Origin: Mizuhopecten yessoensis
Lineage: Eukaryota
Assembly (NCBI RefSeq): GCF_002113885.1
Contig: NW_018405342.1
Span: 44,292 to 108,291, forward strand
Length of the DNA stretch: 64,000 nt
Reading direction: 5' to 3'
A program made the translations under genes and the position numbers. The notes beneath the pieces were generated by a model, which was not told the DNA's origin, searched no databases, and saw only the letters and a program-made list of their open reading frames with translations. Shown here piece after piece: positions 1 to 13,089 of the stretch; position 1 is the stretch's first letter; each line of letters opens with the position of its first letter.

Positions 1-634
1 AAAAAATATCGATTAACGAATTCCCGGGCTCGCGAACACCTCCCTGGACACTCATTCCTCCGTGGACACTCAATCCACCCTCGTGAAAATAGTATTTATC
101 GACGTATTTCGGTACTTTGTACTGTTAAGATCGACCTTAAATTTTGCACACACCTAGATATATGAACAATATTTAGGAATCAGAAGAAAAAAGTGCAAAA
201 ATCTTATAACGAATTCGCGGGCGCGCAAAAACCTCCGAGGACACTCATTCTTCCCAAATATGCATTTTTATCGACGTATTTCGGTACTTTATACTGTTAC
301 GATCGAATTTAAATTTTGCACACCCCTAGATATATAAACAATATTTAGGAATCAGAAGAAAAAAGTGCAAAAATCTTATAACGAATTCGCGGGCGCGCAA
401 AAACCTCCGAGGACACTCATTCTTCCCAAATATGCATTTTTATCGACGTATTTCGGTACTTTGTACTGTTACGATCGACCTTAAATTTTGCACACACCTA
501 GATATATGAACAATATTTAGGAATCAGAAGAAAAAAGTGAAATAAATCTTATAACGAACTCGCGGGCGCGCAAAAACCTCGGAGGACACTCGGAGGACAC
601 TCATTACCCGGAGGACACTCATTAGGGTGACCGT
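1..634. repeat. 172-bp tandem repeat (about 3.5 copies, runs off the window start), possibly internal repeats of a DNA transposon ending near 634
   Basis: Motif gacgtatttcggtacttt recurs at 101, 273 and 445. The array ends in reiterated ggacactc motifs and ...agggtgaccgta. Confidence 0.8.
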
Positions 635-639
635 AGATC

Positions 640-875
640 TGTAGCCCAAGTTTCCTCTAGCCCTGAAACCAGACTTAGACATTTTGACAGACAGATGGTG
701 TCTATGTCTGGTGTCAGGGCACAGGAGCCTGAAGTTTTTAAGCATATTATAGGTATTTTATTTGTATTACCACGGACTTAGATAACCTAATCTAATTCCG
801 TGGTATTACTGTTATTATTCATTATTGACAGAACTTCAGGCTCCTGTGGTCAGGGCCAGAGGGAAACTCATGCTA
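640..875. repeat. Nested inverted repeats (MITE-like palindromes)
   Basis: Arm pairs: about 640-665/850-875, cacaggagcctgaagtt 720-736/832-848, taccacgga 768-783/790-805, plus a hairpin gccctga..tcagggc at 660-720. Confidence 0.7.
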
Positions 876-2157
876 AGTTTTAGACCCTAGAACAGCCAAT
901 ACAAGCTACAATTAAAAAGTTCAATACCTTAATGTGATCCTTAGAAAATAATTAATTAGCTCCTCATCAGGAAATATATTTTTACTTCTACTTCTACATA
1001 CCGCGTCTCGCTGTATCACCGATGTCCTGTGATTGTTTACATCTACACTCGACTCAGCGATCCACTTTCGTTTTCTGGTTCTGTTTACCGTCTAACAGGT
1101 GTCAGCTGATCATGACCCATGGAACGTCAGGAACGTCTGGGTGATACGGCCAACGCCCACTTTCGTTAGGTATATTTGTTCAGTTATACTCTATTTTGAG
1201 TAATGACGGCACACTCAAACAGTAACCAACAGGTGAGTGCGAGAAAAAACGATCCTCGGGTTTAATTTCCGGATCTGGTGTGTGGGCTAAGGGACGCAAC
1301 TTCTGCTCAATCATCGTTTTCTTTCTGCGTTTAAAATTTGTATTCTAGGCATAAGAAAAACCATAACCGTATATTTATTCTGTTTATGCGATCACACTTT
1401 CATATAAACTGTAATTATATTTAATTGCGCTTTTTGACATATAGTTGGATTCAGCTTTGACAACATTTTAATAAATCAGGAATTTTTGAGAAAAATTGAA
1501 GCTAAGTTATTTTAAGAAGGCACTGAAAGACACACTCTTTTTTTTTTTATTGTTAATACATGTCACTGATCATTCTAAAAAATCATTAATAATTTTCTTG
1601 GTTTTGTAATTACCTCATATTTTCAAAATATGAATTAGCACATGAATTTGAATGCATTGTCGGTTTTGTGACGATTTTTTTTTATTATATTTACTAATCA
1701 TAACCAAATTTAATTCATTTGTGTATATAATAAGACACTCATAGAAATTGTCAATATTATACTTAATTGTTACATTAAGTAAAACTTTGATATTACATAT
1801 TTCCAAACTGATGAATTTTCATGATTGAAGATATTGTAACATTATTGTTATGTGGTACTGTAAATAAAACATCTTAAATTTCTCTTTCTTTAAATAAATT
1901 AAACTCCTCTGCAACACGAAAGACAAAAGCACAGGGACCTTAAAATTTGTTACAGCTATATTTGGACCTAAACTTCAAAAGATTAGTATCTGCCTAGGGA
2001 TTGGTCAGGTTTTTATATACATAAAACCAATCAAACAGCATCCCACAAGCCTTCAATTTTGTAACGACATATTCCAAAGGTGCAGAGAAGATACAAAATC
2101 TACGTGGTATGTGTATATGAGAGCGGAACCCTTGGGTTTCGAACAGTGGTGGGGCTG

Positions 2158-2299
2158 TATGTGTTCACATATTGGCGAAAACAATTCTCAATCGCTAAAA
2201 AAAGTTATCATTCCTTATACCAAGTGTTAGTGTGAGTGTAAGGAATGACAACTCTTGGTAGATGTTGAGTTCATTGTGCGCCAATATTTGAACATGTAT
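2158..2299. mobile_element. About 140-bp imperfect hairpin (MITE-like)
   Basis: tgttcacatattggcg pairs with cgccaatatttgaaca; agttatcattccttatac pairs with gtgtaaggaatgacaact. Confidence 0.6.
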
Positions 2300-4636
2300 A
2301 TATCTTTGTAGTTATCTGGCATATATTTCCACTATAACTTACAATAGTACATACATTAACGACAAAATCACAATGAAGATATAAGTCCGAGGACATATTA
2401 GTGTTCTTCAAATATTTTTATTCCAAATTCTTGGAAGTACATGTACATATTATATACATTGACATGATCATTTATTGATGACAATTGAATGAATTTTCCA
2501 TTAGTTTCCATTCTATCCTCTGGGGAAAACAAGCATCGTATGACTAGAAAATCAATAGCAGGCGAGGGATATCGGCCATAAATAGTTTGTTTTTTAGGTT
2601 GTACATTTTTTGTACATACATATGTACTTACATACTTATTATGTAACTGGTCCCGATTTTTCCTTAGCAGTGTTGAAATATAAATAGAGGGAGAAAAATC
2701 TCCAATGAATCTGTACACTGTAGTTTGTGCTAAAGTTACCTCCCTTGCCTTTACGTAAAATAGGTTAATTAATTAATGATTACCGTCTTACCAATGTAGG
2801 GTGGATATTTCAATTCAATTTATAAATCGTTTAACTCATATTCACAGAATAATTCAAATACATGCAATCACTAAATAATACACGTTTCTAGTCGAAACGT
2901 TTTTGATAAAAAGATGTAGATTAAGAAATCAGGGGTTGATCTGCCTTTTCACTACAATTTTACAATGATGAGGGATGACAAAACATGATGATCAAGTTAA
3001 TTGATGCTTGATGAAAAAACAGAGTAATTAATTATAATGAAGAAAAAAAGGATGAATATTTGTTAATTTAATTATTTTAAATGTATTTTTTTCTGCTTCT
3101 TTTTCAGGACTGCCTCTTTCAAAACATGTTTGTCAAATGTTGAAGTTACTCAGCTGTTGTTTTCTCACAGCAAAATTACTAGGGAGAATTATTTTTTTCA
3201 TTTCAGCCCTGAGTTCCTTAAGAGTCATAAAATGGGGGACAAACATTTCTTGTTTTACAGACGCTAACAGAAATCAAGATACCAAACAACTGATAAAGCT
3301 GAACAGTACAATTATTTTGAAACACTATTGTGATGTTTGACAGACATATCTCAGGGGCTCAGATTACTGGTTTACTGGAGGCAAACTCTAACAATATGTT
3401 GTCCTTTTGTTTGTTATGTTGTAAGTGGCTCCCACCATGCATCAGTTTCATAAGGAGCTATGAAATGTTACCATGGTACATCACAATAACAATATGCATT
3501 TAACAATAAACAAAGTACCTGTACATGTACGTTATATGCTTAGACACACCAATCAAAGTAGTTTATATGCTACTGTGTCGTTACTGCTCAAATAGCAATT
3601 GTTCTCATAAATCATACATGTCACGCAAAATACTTGCTATCGCAGTTTTTCAAGCTATGATTGAAATATATGTACAGAGCACTGTAAGTTCCTCTTCAAA
3701 ATTGTTTTAAATAGATCTAGCTAACACACATCTGGAGGTTTAAAACCAATCAAACAGCATTCATTGTATTATGAATACAATGTGAAATAAGATTTTTGAA
3801 AATTAAGAAATTCAATGCAAGGCTACATGCTTGTTTACTGTTCAATCACTTTTTCATCATAACGAAAAAAAACATTTAAACCCCAAATCATCCTGTAAAA
3901 CTAAAAACCTGTTTTGAAATAACACTGCAACGTAACAATATCTGTTGCAGATCATGAAAGTCTTCAATAATCGTACTCACCTCAAATTGAAAGTGGTATG
4001 TAAAACATTTGACCCAACACTGTGTTTAATTTACACATTATTTAAATAACATCACAATCTTTACTGAGCCTGCATACCACTTGGAATGTGACAAGATGAC
4101 AGTGCAAGGAAGTGTCACTAAATGATGCCAGCATCCATAGGTTACATCTGTAAACGTTACACTTCCTTACTTAATTCATACTTACACAACTTCTACTAAA
4201 AAGTCAATCAATCCAAAGACTGTCTACATACTTATACAAACATACTTATATTTCCATGTTTTTATTTTTCTCACTTGAGATTTCCTTTTTACTATTGATA
4301 CATTATAATTTACAAATATTTCCCATATGCAGCAACTTAGTACATAATTAATCTAGTGGTTATCAAAACTCAGTCTTGCAAGCAAGCATGAGAAACCTTT
4401 AAACATGACAATTGCTACAGTATTTTGTAGAATGATGTCCAGTTCTAAAATCATAAGATGTTTATGTCTGATAAAGTATTTACAATACCCAGCCGACAAA
4501 TATTTTACAACTTATATACCATATTGATAAACCTTCATACAAATATAGAAGACATGGGGGGATGACAAATATGTACTTGTGCACAAACAACACTGGGTTC
4601 CATCAAAAAGGCCAACAAACAAATCAAGCCTTAATG

Positions 4637-4840
4637 GACATCGTAAATGGGTCAAGGTTACACAGACATCATAAATGGTCAAGGTTACACAGCCATCATA
4701 AATGGTCAAGGTCACAAAGACATCATAAATGGTCAAGGTCACACAGACATCATAAATGGTCAAGGTCATACAGACATCACAAATTGTCAAGGTCATACAG
4801 ACTTCACAAATGGTCAAGGCCACACAGACATCATAAATGG
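4637..4840. repeat. 27-bp minisatellite (about 7 copies), downstream of or within the APH1 3' UTR
   Basis: Unit aaatggtcaaggtcacacagacatcat; the ORF track shows a 9-aa periodicity. Confidence 0.9.
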
Positions 4841-5579
4841 ATCAATGTTATAATTACAAAGCGTATGCTATGATTTGAGTTAATGTTAAGAAAATGTGCC
4901 ATCAATCCTACATATCACCTATGACAGGATATCAAGACAATGTATACTTATCTTTTGAATACTGAACTGAAACTATATTTCATTTTCCACAAAAAAAATT
5001 TTTATTTTATTTCCTTTCTAATATTACCCAATGTAAATTTGTTCAAGCATATATTACCAACCTCATAATATATAAGACATATCCAACAAAATGTACAGCG
5101 GGAACACAATGACATCATCAATACACTACCATCAGTGGAAAATGGAAGCATGACCAGGACACAGGTATCTATATTGAACACTTTCTTTGTATAATGTGGT
5201 TTGAACGAAAACAGTATTATTGTATAACATGAAAAATTCACCAAATACTTTCTTCTCTGGTTTTTACATTTTACAAGCTTCTTTGTTGATACAAAGTTTT
5301 GTGTTCTATGTGGGAGTTACTTACTTTATAAGTTGTACACATCTTTACTGCAGTAATTTGTAAATGTATAAACAAACAAAGCAAGTACACAACGAGCGTT
5401 TCATTTTACACAAAAAGACTGTTACTGTGAACAAATTCATTTTTACGAAAGTCATACAATCTAAATAAACACAAATTTATTTATAAAACATGCAAATGTC
5501 TTGCATCTTTAAAATGAAAACCCAACAAATTTGTGAAGATAATCCAACAACGGCTCCTATATAGCTAGCTGTCCAGTCT

Positions 5580-5759
5580 TTAGTCGATCTCGTACGATGT
5601 CTGCTTACATGAACATGTGATAGCTGCCTTTATGTTTGCGATAGATCCTCCCGCAATTTTAAATGCCAGTCCACCAGTGAGAAACATGATGACATATGCG
5701 GGTACTAGGCTTCCCCAGTAGGCTGGTGTGTGAGTCTCACTTCTCTGGTTTAGCAGTGT
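5580..5759 (-). CDS. APH1: Gamma-secretase subunit APH-1, last coding exon 6
   Basis: Acceptor cag|ACA, phase 0. Encodes TLLNQ...AFKIAGGSIANIK...YEID then stop. Total CDS is 783 nt (260 aa). Confidence 0.9.
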   Translation of the reverse strand, partial: TLLNQRSETHTPAYWGSLVPAYVIMFLTGGLAFKIAGGSIANIKAAITCSCKQTSYEID

Positions 5760-7101
5760 CTGAAGCAAATCAAACAAACAAAACTGTTCTCACACATGTT
5801 GGAAGTAAATCCATTTTGTTATTAAAAATGTATTAGGGACAAAACTACAGTACTATTTTTGTTTTAATGACAACCATATCTTAAACTTAGAAGAAACTTA
5901 AATTTCTTTAAAACAGCTAATAAAGAATAAGTCCAAACTGATTAAATAAGGTTAATAAGTAAAAAGAAAAAGATAAACTTTTTAAATTGTAATTTTCATA
6001 TTTCGATTAGTTGATTAATCATTAGGAAGTCAGTTTTACTATAACAGCTTTGATGAGTAGAGAAAAACCAGTAATTTCAAAAATAATTCAAATTATGTCT
6101 TTTTTTACCAATTATCTTTCAGGTAAATAATGATAATAGAGAAATCAATTAACTGAATTTTAAGAAACCAATTTCGCTATTTCTACAAATACAGATAAAA
6201 TGTAATCTTGAAACTGTCAAACTGGTATATAAAATCTCCCTGCTTACAATATCAAATTCAGGGAGTGGTTGAATTAACATCTCTGAAAAATGTGTATTGT
6301 TTATATGCAATAATCAATTATAATTACACTCAATTCAAACCACAGTAAACCTCCAGTCAGTTAAAACAGACAAAAGGTTTGAAGAATAATCAGTTTTCTA
6401 ACTAGTGATAGAGCAAACATTTCATATTTGTTTTTAACAACATTTCAGATTGTTCAAACACATTGTATTTTGAGGATAAAAAGAACGGGAATTACATGGA
6501 AATTTGAAGTTTGAGTTGCACCTTTTGCATTCAAATCCCTTCCTTGCAAAAGTTTTAGTCAACTGTTGAAGACAAATCGACATATTTGCCATATAATTAA
6601 GCATTGTGATGAACCAGTTTCTTTTTTTACTTCTGCTACACATCATGCACCTGCCAGCTTAACAAATTTGAGGCCCTTACTATGTATATCATCCACTCAG
6701 TACAGAGTATGGAATGTTGACATAGTAATGCAAGATAAAACAAGACATTTTAATAAAGATCAAGATCTATAAACTCAGAACTTTGCAGAAGCTTTCAGTA
6801 TGGTTTGTTAAAATTGACATGGATATTTGCACAGGGAAATATTTCTTTTTGGTTGCGAACAGCTTTAAAGTTGCTTCTTGCATTCATAAAGGATCATTTC
6901 TAATCATAAGAAAAATGATGAAACATGCTCTGATTGTTTGAAGTTAATTTGATTTTAGTACCCATGATTTCATTGAATTCACACAAATTTAATCATATTT
7001 ATTTTATTTAATTGAAACTGACCGGCGACATACTGTACCTTTGATACAAGTGTGTAAAAATTAGATGATCCACACTAAAAAATAAATTTGAGATGGCTTA
7101 C

Positions 7102-7229
7102 CAGACAGGACACCAGCATGTGCGACACTACAACAATAGCTACATACTGGAACTTGCTCTTGTCCCAGGCATGGAAAAATATAATCCCCCAGAAAGTGTG
7201 CAGGAAGACAAAGCATAATGTCAGGAACG
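7102..7229 (-). CDS. APH1: APH-1 coding exon 5
   Basis: GT-AG bounded. Encodes AFLTLCFVFLHTFWGIIFFHAWDK...SHMLVSCL, including the two conserved transmembrane histidines. Confidence 0.93.
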
Positions 7230-7867
7230 CTGAAATTACAACAATAAGATAAATTATAGTATATGTTTATGTCTCTACAAAATAGAATGCACTATAAGTC
7301 TGTATATATATGGTATAATGTGTTTATAGGCCCTTGTGATATATAGGTAAAATGCATGTAAAATAGAATGTAATTGTATGTCTTTGTAAACAAAAACAAA
7401 CAAACAAACAAATGAAAAGAAAAAGATATATGTCACATTATCTTCTTCAAGATACACTAATTCTATCTAGATTGTGTTACTCACTGAACTGTGCAACTAT
7501 TTCCAGTAAGGAAACTTTCGGATACTACTGATTCATCTAACCTAACTTACTGCTCTTCTCCCACAACCTCTCTATGTTTTGATTGTTTTCTAATTTCACT
7601 CTTTGGATAAACCTCCTGGAGTTGGTAAACAGGTTTAGTTACACATGTACACTAGCTATAGACTGGCTTACATTCTTGTACAGAATTTTCCTTGTAGCTG
7701 ATGATCTCCCCCTAGTTTGAAATTTAGTGATCAAAATCATTAGAGTTAACATCATGGACATTATTTCATTGTGATTGGTCAATCTTTAAATTATGATGTC
7801 ATATTACAATGCTTTGCAAAGGCATCTTCTATATATACATATAGTGACATCATAATTCATAACAGTT

Positions 7868-8211
7868 ATGGTAGACGTTTCTAGATACTGGTACAGCTGT
7901 ATTAATGCTAACACTATGGTAGACGCTTCTAGATACTGGTACAGCCGTACTAATGCTAACACTATGGTAGACGTTTCTAGATACTGGTACAGCTGTATTA
8001 ATGCTGACACTATATGGTAGACGCTTCTAGATACTGGTTCAGCTGTACTAATGCTAACACTGTGCTAGACGCTTCTAGATACTGGTACAGCTGTATTAAT
8101 GCTAACACTATATGGTAGACGCTTCTAGATACTGGTACAGCTGTACTAATGCTAACACTGTGCTAGACGCTTCTAGATACTGGTACAGCTGTATTAATGC
8201 TAACACTATGG
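7868..8211. repeat. 48-50-bp minisatellite (about 7 copies) in an APH1 intron
   Basis: Unit atggtagacgcttctagatactggtacagctgtattaatgctaacact. Confidence 0.9.
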
Positions 8212-8535
8212 TGGAGAAAATTCCCAAAATTGCTGGTTAACACTTTTATCTATTTTAAAAATCTGTTGAAAACAAAGAAAAAGAACAATAAGTCACTTGT
8301 TAATTTTCAAAATTACCCAGGATTTCACCACATTTTTATGTTAATAAGAGGGTTTTATATTAGTCAACTGCTTTTTCTCTATCACGCTTGGATGTCAATA
8401 CCATTAGGAAATTTCAGATTAAATCTATTATTGACGTACAGTGAAAGACTAGCAATATATCTATTTATTTAATCCTGTTGACTACCAGGCTAAAGCTAAG
8501 TCTGGCGCTCTATGCCATCTAATATATATGCAAGA

Positions 8536-8653
8536 CCACACACTTGTGTTTTTCTAATGAATCAGAAAAGCACGAGTTTATTACGCGGACGAATACATAC
8601 GTCCGCCAGTAAATGAGTGCTTTCTGATTCGTTAGAAAAACACAAGTGTGTGG
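8536..8653. mobile_element. About 120-bp near-perfect hairpin (MITE-like)
   Basis: ccacacacttgtgtttttctaatgaatcagaaa...gcggacg pairs with cgtccgc...tttctgattcgttagaaaaacacaagtgtgtgg. Confidence 0.7.
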
Positions 8654-8873
8654 GCTAGCTTTTATCACATACCTTCCGTATTTGGTAGAGATTGATACAA
8701 AGATTTTATAAACTTTGATTTTTTTTGCAAATACCAGGAACTTTTCAGTTTGCCATGACAAGGGGATTCCAAAAAAAATAGTTCAGGCTAGTAGGTAATT
8801 AATACATTCCATATTGCACATGTGCAATACAGAATGTTGTATTTCATGGTCTGAAAATTGTTCGTATTACTAT

Positions 8874-10973
8874 AACAAGAGGCCCAGAGGGCCTGTATCG
8901 CTCACCTGGATACCTAAGCAATCATGGCAAACTATTCTCCAAATGAGATCAAGGGAATATGCCAGACCCCAAGGCCAATCCTTGTAGCATAGCTATATTA
9001 GATTTTGCATGCCCAGCAATTTTATGTATGGTTATGGGGTGGGGATCTCAACTGTTTCCAAGGTTTGACTCAGAAACTAGGTCCCTAGAGTTGTGGCCAG
9101 ACCCCAGGATTGATTCTAATATCGTGACTGCATTTGTCTCTTTTTGCCAAGCATTTGTATATATAGTTTTGGGGCGGGGATCTCAACCGCTTCAAAGATA
9201 TGACCCAGGGGCCAAGTCTGCTAGGGTGGGGCAGACCCTGGGATCAATTCTAATGTCATGACTGCATTCGTCTCTTTATGCCCACCAATTGTATATATAG
9301 TTTTGGGGTGGGGATCTCAACCGTTTTAAAGTTATGGCCCAGGGACTATGTCTCCAAGGGTGGGGCCAGACCCTAGGGACATCCTGGCAGCAAATGTGCA
9401 TTCTTCTCTTTATACTCAGCAATTGTATATATGGTTATATGGTGGGGGGGGGTCTCAAACATTTCCAAGTAATGCATTTTATTGGCCCCACCCCTTAGCC
9501 TGGGGGGTCAGCCCCACCATTTGTACAATTTTGAATCCCTGCCTCCCATGAACACTTCCGACCAAATATGATCAATATCCATGGCATAGTTCTGCAGAAG
9601 AAGTCATTTATAGCAATATAACCAAATTGCCCCCTTTTGGCCCCGCCCCTTAGCCCCCTGGGGAGTCAGCCCACCATTTGTACAATTTTTAATCACCATC
9701 ACCTAGGGATGCTTCCAGTCAAATATGGTTGATATCCACTTCTTAGTTCCAGAGAAGAAGTCACTTAAAGCAGTATAGCCAAATACCCTTTTTGGCCCTG
9801 CCCCTCAGCCCCCTGGGGGGTCAGCCACACCATTTGTACAATTTTAAATCCCTGCCTCCCAGGAATGCTTTTGATCAAGTATGATTGATATCCAGTGCAC
9901 AGTTTTACAGAAGAAATCATTTATAGCAATATAACCAAATTGCCCCCTTTTGGCCCCGCCCCTNNNNNNNNNNNNNNNNNNNNNNNNNNNNNNNNNNNNN
10001 NNNNNNNNNNNNNNNNNNNNNNNNNNNNNNNNNNNNNNNNNNNNNNNNNNNNNNNNNNNNNNNNNNNNNNNNNNNNNNNNNNNNNNNNNNNNNNNNNNNN
10101 NNNNNNNNNNNNNNNNNNNNNNNNNNNNNNNNNNNNNNNNNNNNNNNNNNNNNNNNNNNNNNNNNNNNNNNNNNNNNNNNNNNNNNNNNNNNNNNNNNNN
10201 NNNNNNNNNNNNNNNNNNNNNNNNNNNNNNNNNNNNNNNNNNNNNNNNNNNNNNNNNNNNNNNNNNNNNNNNNNNNNNNNNNNNNNNNNNNNNNNNNNNN
10301 NNNNNNNNNNNNNNNNNNNNNNNNNNNNNNNNNNNNNNNNNNNNNNNNNNNNNNNNNNNNNNNNNNNNNNNNNNNNNNNNNNNNNNNNNNNNNNNNNNNN
10401 NNNNNNNNNNNNNNNNNNNNNNNNNNNNNNNNNNNNNNNNNNNNNNNNNNNNNNNNNNNNNNNNNNNNNNNNNNNNNNNNNNNNNNNNNNNNNNNNNNNN
10501 NNNNNNNNNNNNNNNNNNNNNNNNNNNNNNNNNNNNNNNNNNNNNNNNNNNNNNNNNNNNNNNNNNNNNNNNNNNNNNNNNNNNNNNNNNNNNNNNNNNN
10601 NNNNNNNNNNNNNNNNNNNNNNNNNAGCCCCCTGGGGAGTCAGCCCCACCATTTGTACAATTTTTAATCACCATCACCTAGGGATGCTTCCAGTCAAATA
10701 TGGTTGATATCCACTTCTTAGTTTCAGAGAAGAAGTCGCTTAAAGCAATATGGGCAAATTGACCCCTTTTGGCCCCGCCCCTCAGCCCCCTGGGGGGTCA
10801 GCCCCACCATTTGTACAATTTTGAATCCCCACCACATAGGGATGCTTCCAGTCAAATTTAGTTTAATTCCAACCAGTGGTTAAGAAGAAGTCGTTTAAAG
10901 AAATTGTTGACGTACGGACGGACGCCACGGTATGGCATAAGCTCACCTTGGTCCTTCGGACCAGGTGAGCTAA
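8874..10973 (-). mobile_element. Non-autonomous Helentron (HINE/DINE-1/pearl-like) with internal tandem repeats, in APH1 intron 4; spans an assembly gap
   Basis: On the - strand: 5' ttagctcacctgg..ggtgagct sub-TIR and IR, a (gtcc)n microsatellite, central repeats of about 140 bp and about 165 bp, then 3' caggtgagcgatacaggccctctgggcctcttgtt (sub-TIR + hairpin). Both ends abut TT. Confidence 0.8.
9964..10625. other. Assembly gap (N run)
   Basis: Run of N. Confidence 1.
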
Positions 10974-11199
10974 CAAGATTCAACAGGTATGTGATAAAAA
11001 CACTTATTCATTTTGAAACATTCAATAACTCAAATACCAAGTAAGAAACATAATTTTCCCATTTAGACATATAATTAAATCTTGGAGTTTAAATTTCTTC
11101 GTGTTTCATGAGATTGTCACAAGATATTTTCCAATGGGTTTTAAATCAAGGTCTTTTTATCAGCCTGGGTCATTTATGTGGTTTTGTGCAGCACATTAC

Positions 11200-11322
11200 C
11201 CGTGACAACAAAGAAGAAATGTGAGTCGCCTTGGATACCGACAGTTCCTGGTCCAACCATATCTGCTAAAACATTGACGATGGAGAATGCCCCGCTGATT
11301 ATTCCATATCCGAGCCCAGAAA
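11200..11322 (-). CDS. APH1: APH-1 coding exon 4
   Basis: Encodes ISGLGYGIISGAFSIVNVLADMVGPGTVGIQGDS, containing the APH-1 GxxxG motif. GT-AG bounded. Confidence 0.95.
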
Positions 11323-12124
11323 CTACAAAGTAAAAGGGTCATGGACTTCATTAAAAACATATAGTTTGGTTAAAAATTATCGTAAAAGTTGAAACTATCA
11401 AGATCTACTTGTTAAACAGTACATCAGTTATTTATCACCTAAATTACTCATAACTATGGCAAAGGTTTTATCCTACCAGACTTGCTCATCCTCTTGTTTA
11501 CAAAACAACGACAAATCTGTTCATTGAATTAATTTAATAAAAGATATTTTACTGAATACTTGAATGTATGATGTAAAACCCTTCTACAATGGAAAAGCAC
11601 AAATGTCACAATTGGGTATACCTGTCAGACAGTCTCACACATCGTTTTTTTTAAAATAAATTTCCCAACTGAAAAGCCTGCATGCTATAGTAACTTTGAC
11701 CAAGTGAGTACCATTATTCATTTGGTGATATTGACAGTTTGAAAAATAAACAAGAATGCATACAATTACATTGACAATGCTCAAGCAATCAAGAATCATT
11801 TAGTTGTTTTAATTGTTTCATTATGGGAGATAATTCTAAAACGCCGGAAGGGAGATATCCCACACACAAACTACACTAGTACTAAAGTAAAATGTGTTCT
11901 TCGGAGAAATAACACAAACCACAGATATTTCACTTTCTCATACATTGTACATCTGATTTGTTTCACTATGAAATTGAAGCAGGTATGGAAATGCTGTCAG
12001 ATTTTTTATTAGCAACTGTGCCACTAACCCAGTTACACTCAATATCCTACCACCCCCACTTCACACACAATCAGTCTCTTTGTTCCGTAAATCCTTAATC
12101 TACACTTTACTCAGTGATACTTAC

Positions 12125-12219
12125 TGTAGGCCATGATGTGCTTGTTGGTGAAATCTTTTGGCTCCAAGTGCATATCTTGTTCTGTTTGAGTCACCATCTT
12201 TAAGCCTTCATCAGCTTTT
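12125..12219 (-). CDS. APH1: APH-1 coding exon 3
   Basis: Encodes RKADEGLKMVTQ...KHIMAY. Phases match the flanking exons. Confidence 0.92.
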
Positions 12220-12422
12220 CTGCAAAATTGAAATTACCATAAAATAGATTATAGTAATGAAATTAAATTCCTGCATTATTACAACAAACAAGATTTCAAA
12301 ACTATGTATGCTGACGAAACCTCCCCTGCGATCTTTTATCATTACATGACAATGCTTCTATAATCCTTCTAAATTTAGATTACCTTTGTATGATTAGTGT
12401 GTCACAAACAATGCTACATTAC

Positions 12423-12566
12423 CTTAATAGCTTATAGAACAACAGTCTGAAGAGCTCCTGGAAAATGACAGAAAACACAAGTCCAAAGGCCAGCTGTTCT
12501 CGCAAGGGTACAACTGCAAACCACAATATGGACGAGACCAGCAGCGCTAGCAGCCAGAAAAACCCA
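12423..12566 (-). CDS. APH1: APH-1 coding exon 2
   Basis: Encodes SGFFWLLALLVSSILWFAVVPL...FSVIFQELFRLLFYKLL. GT-AG bounded. Confidence 0.95.
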
Positions 12567-12976
12567 CTGTAAATATATAGAACAAGAACAGTCAGCTAGC
12601 ATATCTATGGAACATCAACACATGAATGCAAATATTGAACATAAAGAAATGAATAAAACATAAATAATCTAATGCATATTAAAAAGCTACCTACTTCACA
12701 TATGCATAGACCGTAAACTACAAAATTTGATAAACATACAAAACAAATAATATCCTTGCTTTGTTGATACCGACCAGCACTATACACAAAATCTTCCTAG
12801 AGAAGTGAAGTTAAACACGAAGTCTAGGTAAGTGACCTACTTTAGATATATTTGTAGAGAACTCCTCAATATTATCCATTGCTGGACTAATAAAGTATTG
12901 GAGTAAGACACAACATACATTGTAATATAATACAATATGAAAATGTTGATGATACCCAATACCACAAACAATATAC

Positions 12977-13089
12977 CTTGCAATGAGAACAATGATCCTG
13001 AGAGGGTCGCGGACAACAGTAAACAGGAAGAGTGCGAAGGGAGGTCCAAATGCAATTAAAGTACAGCCGAAGAATTCCATCAGTGTCAT
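12977..13089 (-). CDS. APH1: APH-1 coding exon 1
   Basis: MTLMEFFGCTLIAFGPPFALFLFTVVRDPLRIIVLIA is the typical APH-1 N-terminus. Donor gtatat. An upstream acceptor at 13134 implies a non-coding first exon. Confidence 0.95.

Noticed and set aside
9844-10707. ORFs of 243-277 aa
   Set aside because: They are artefacts of the N gap.
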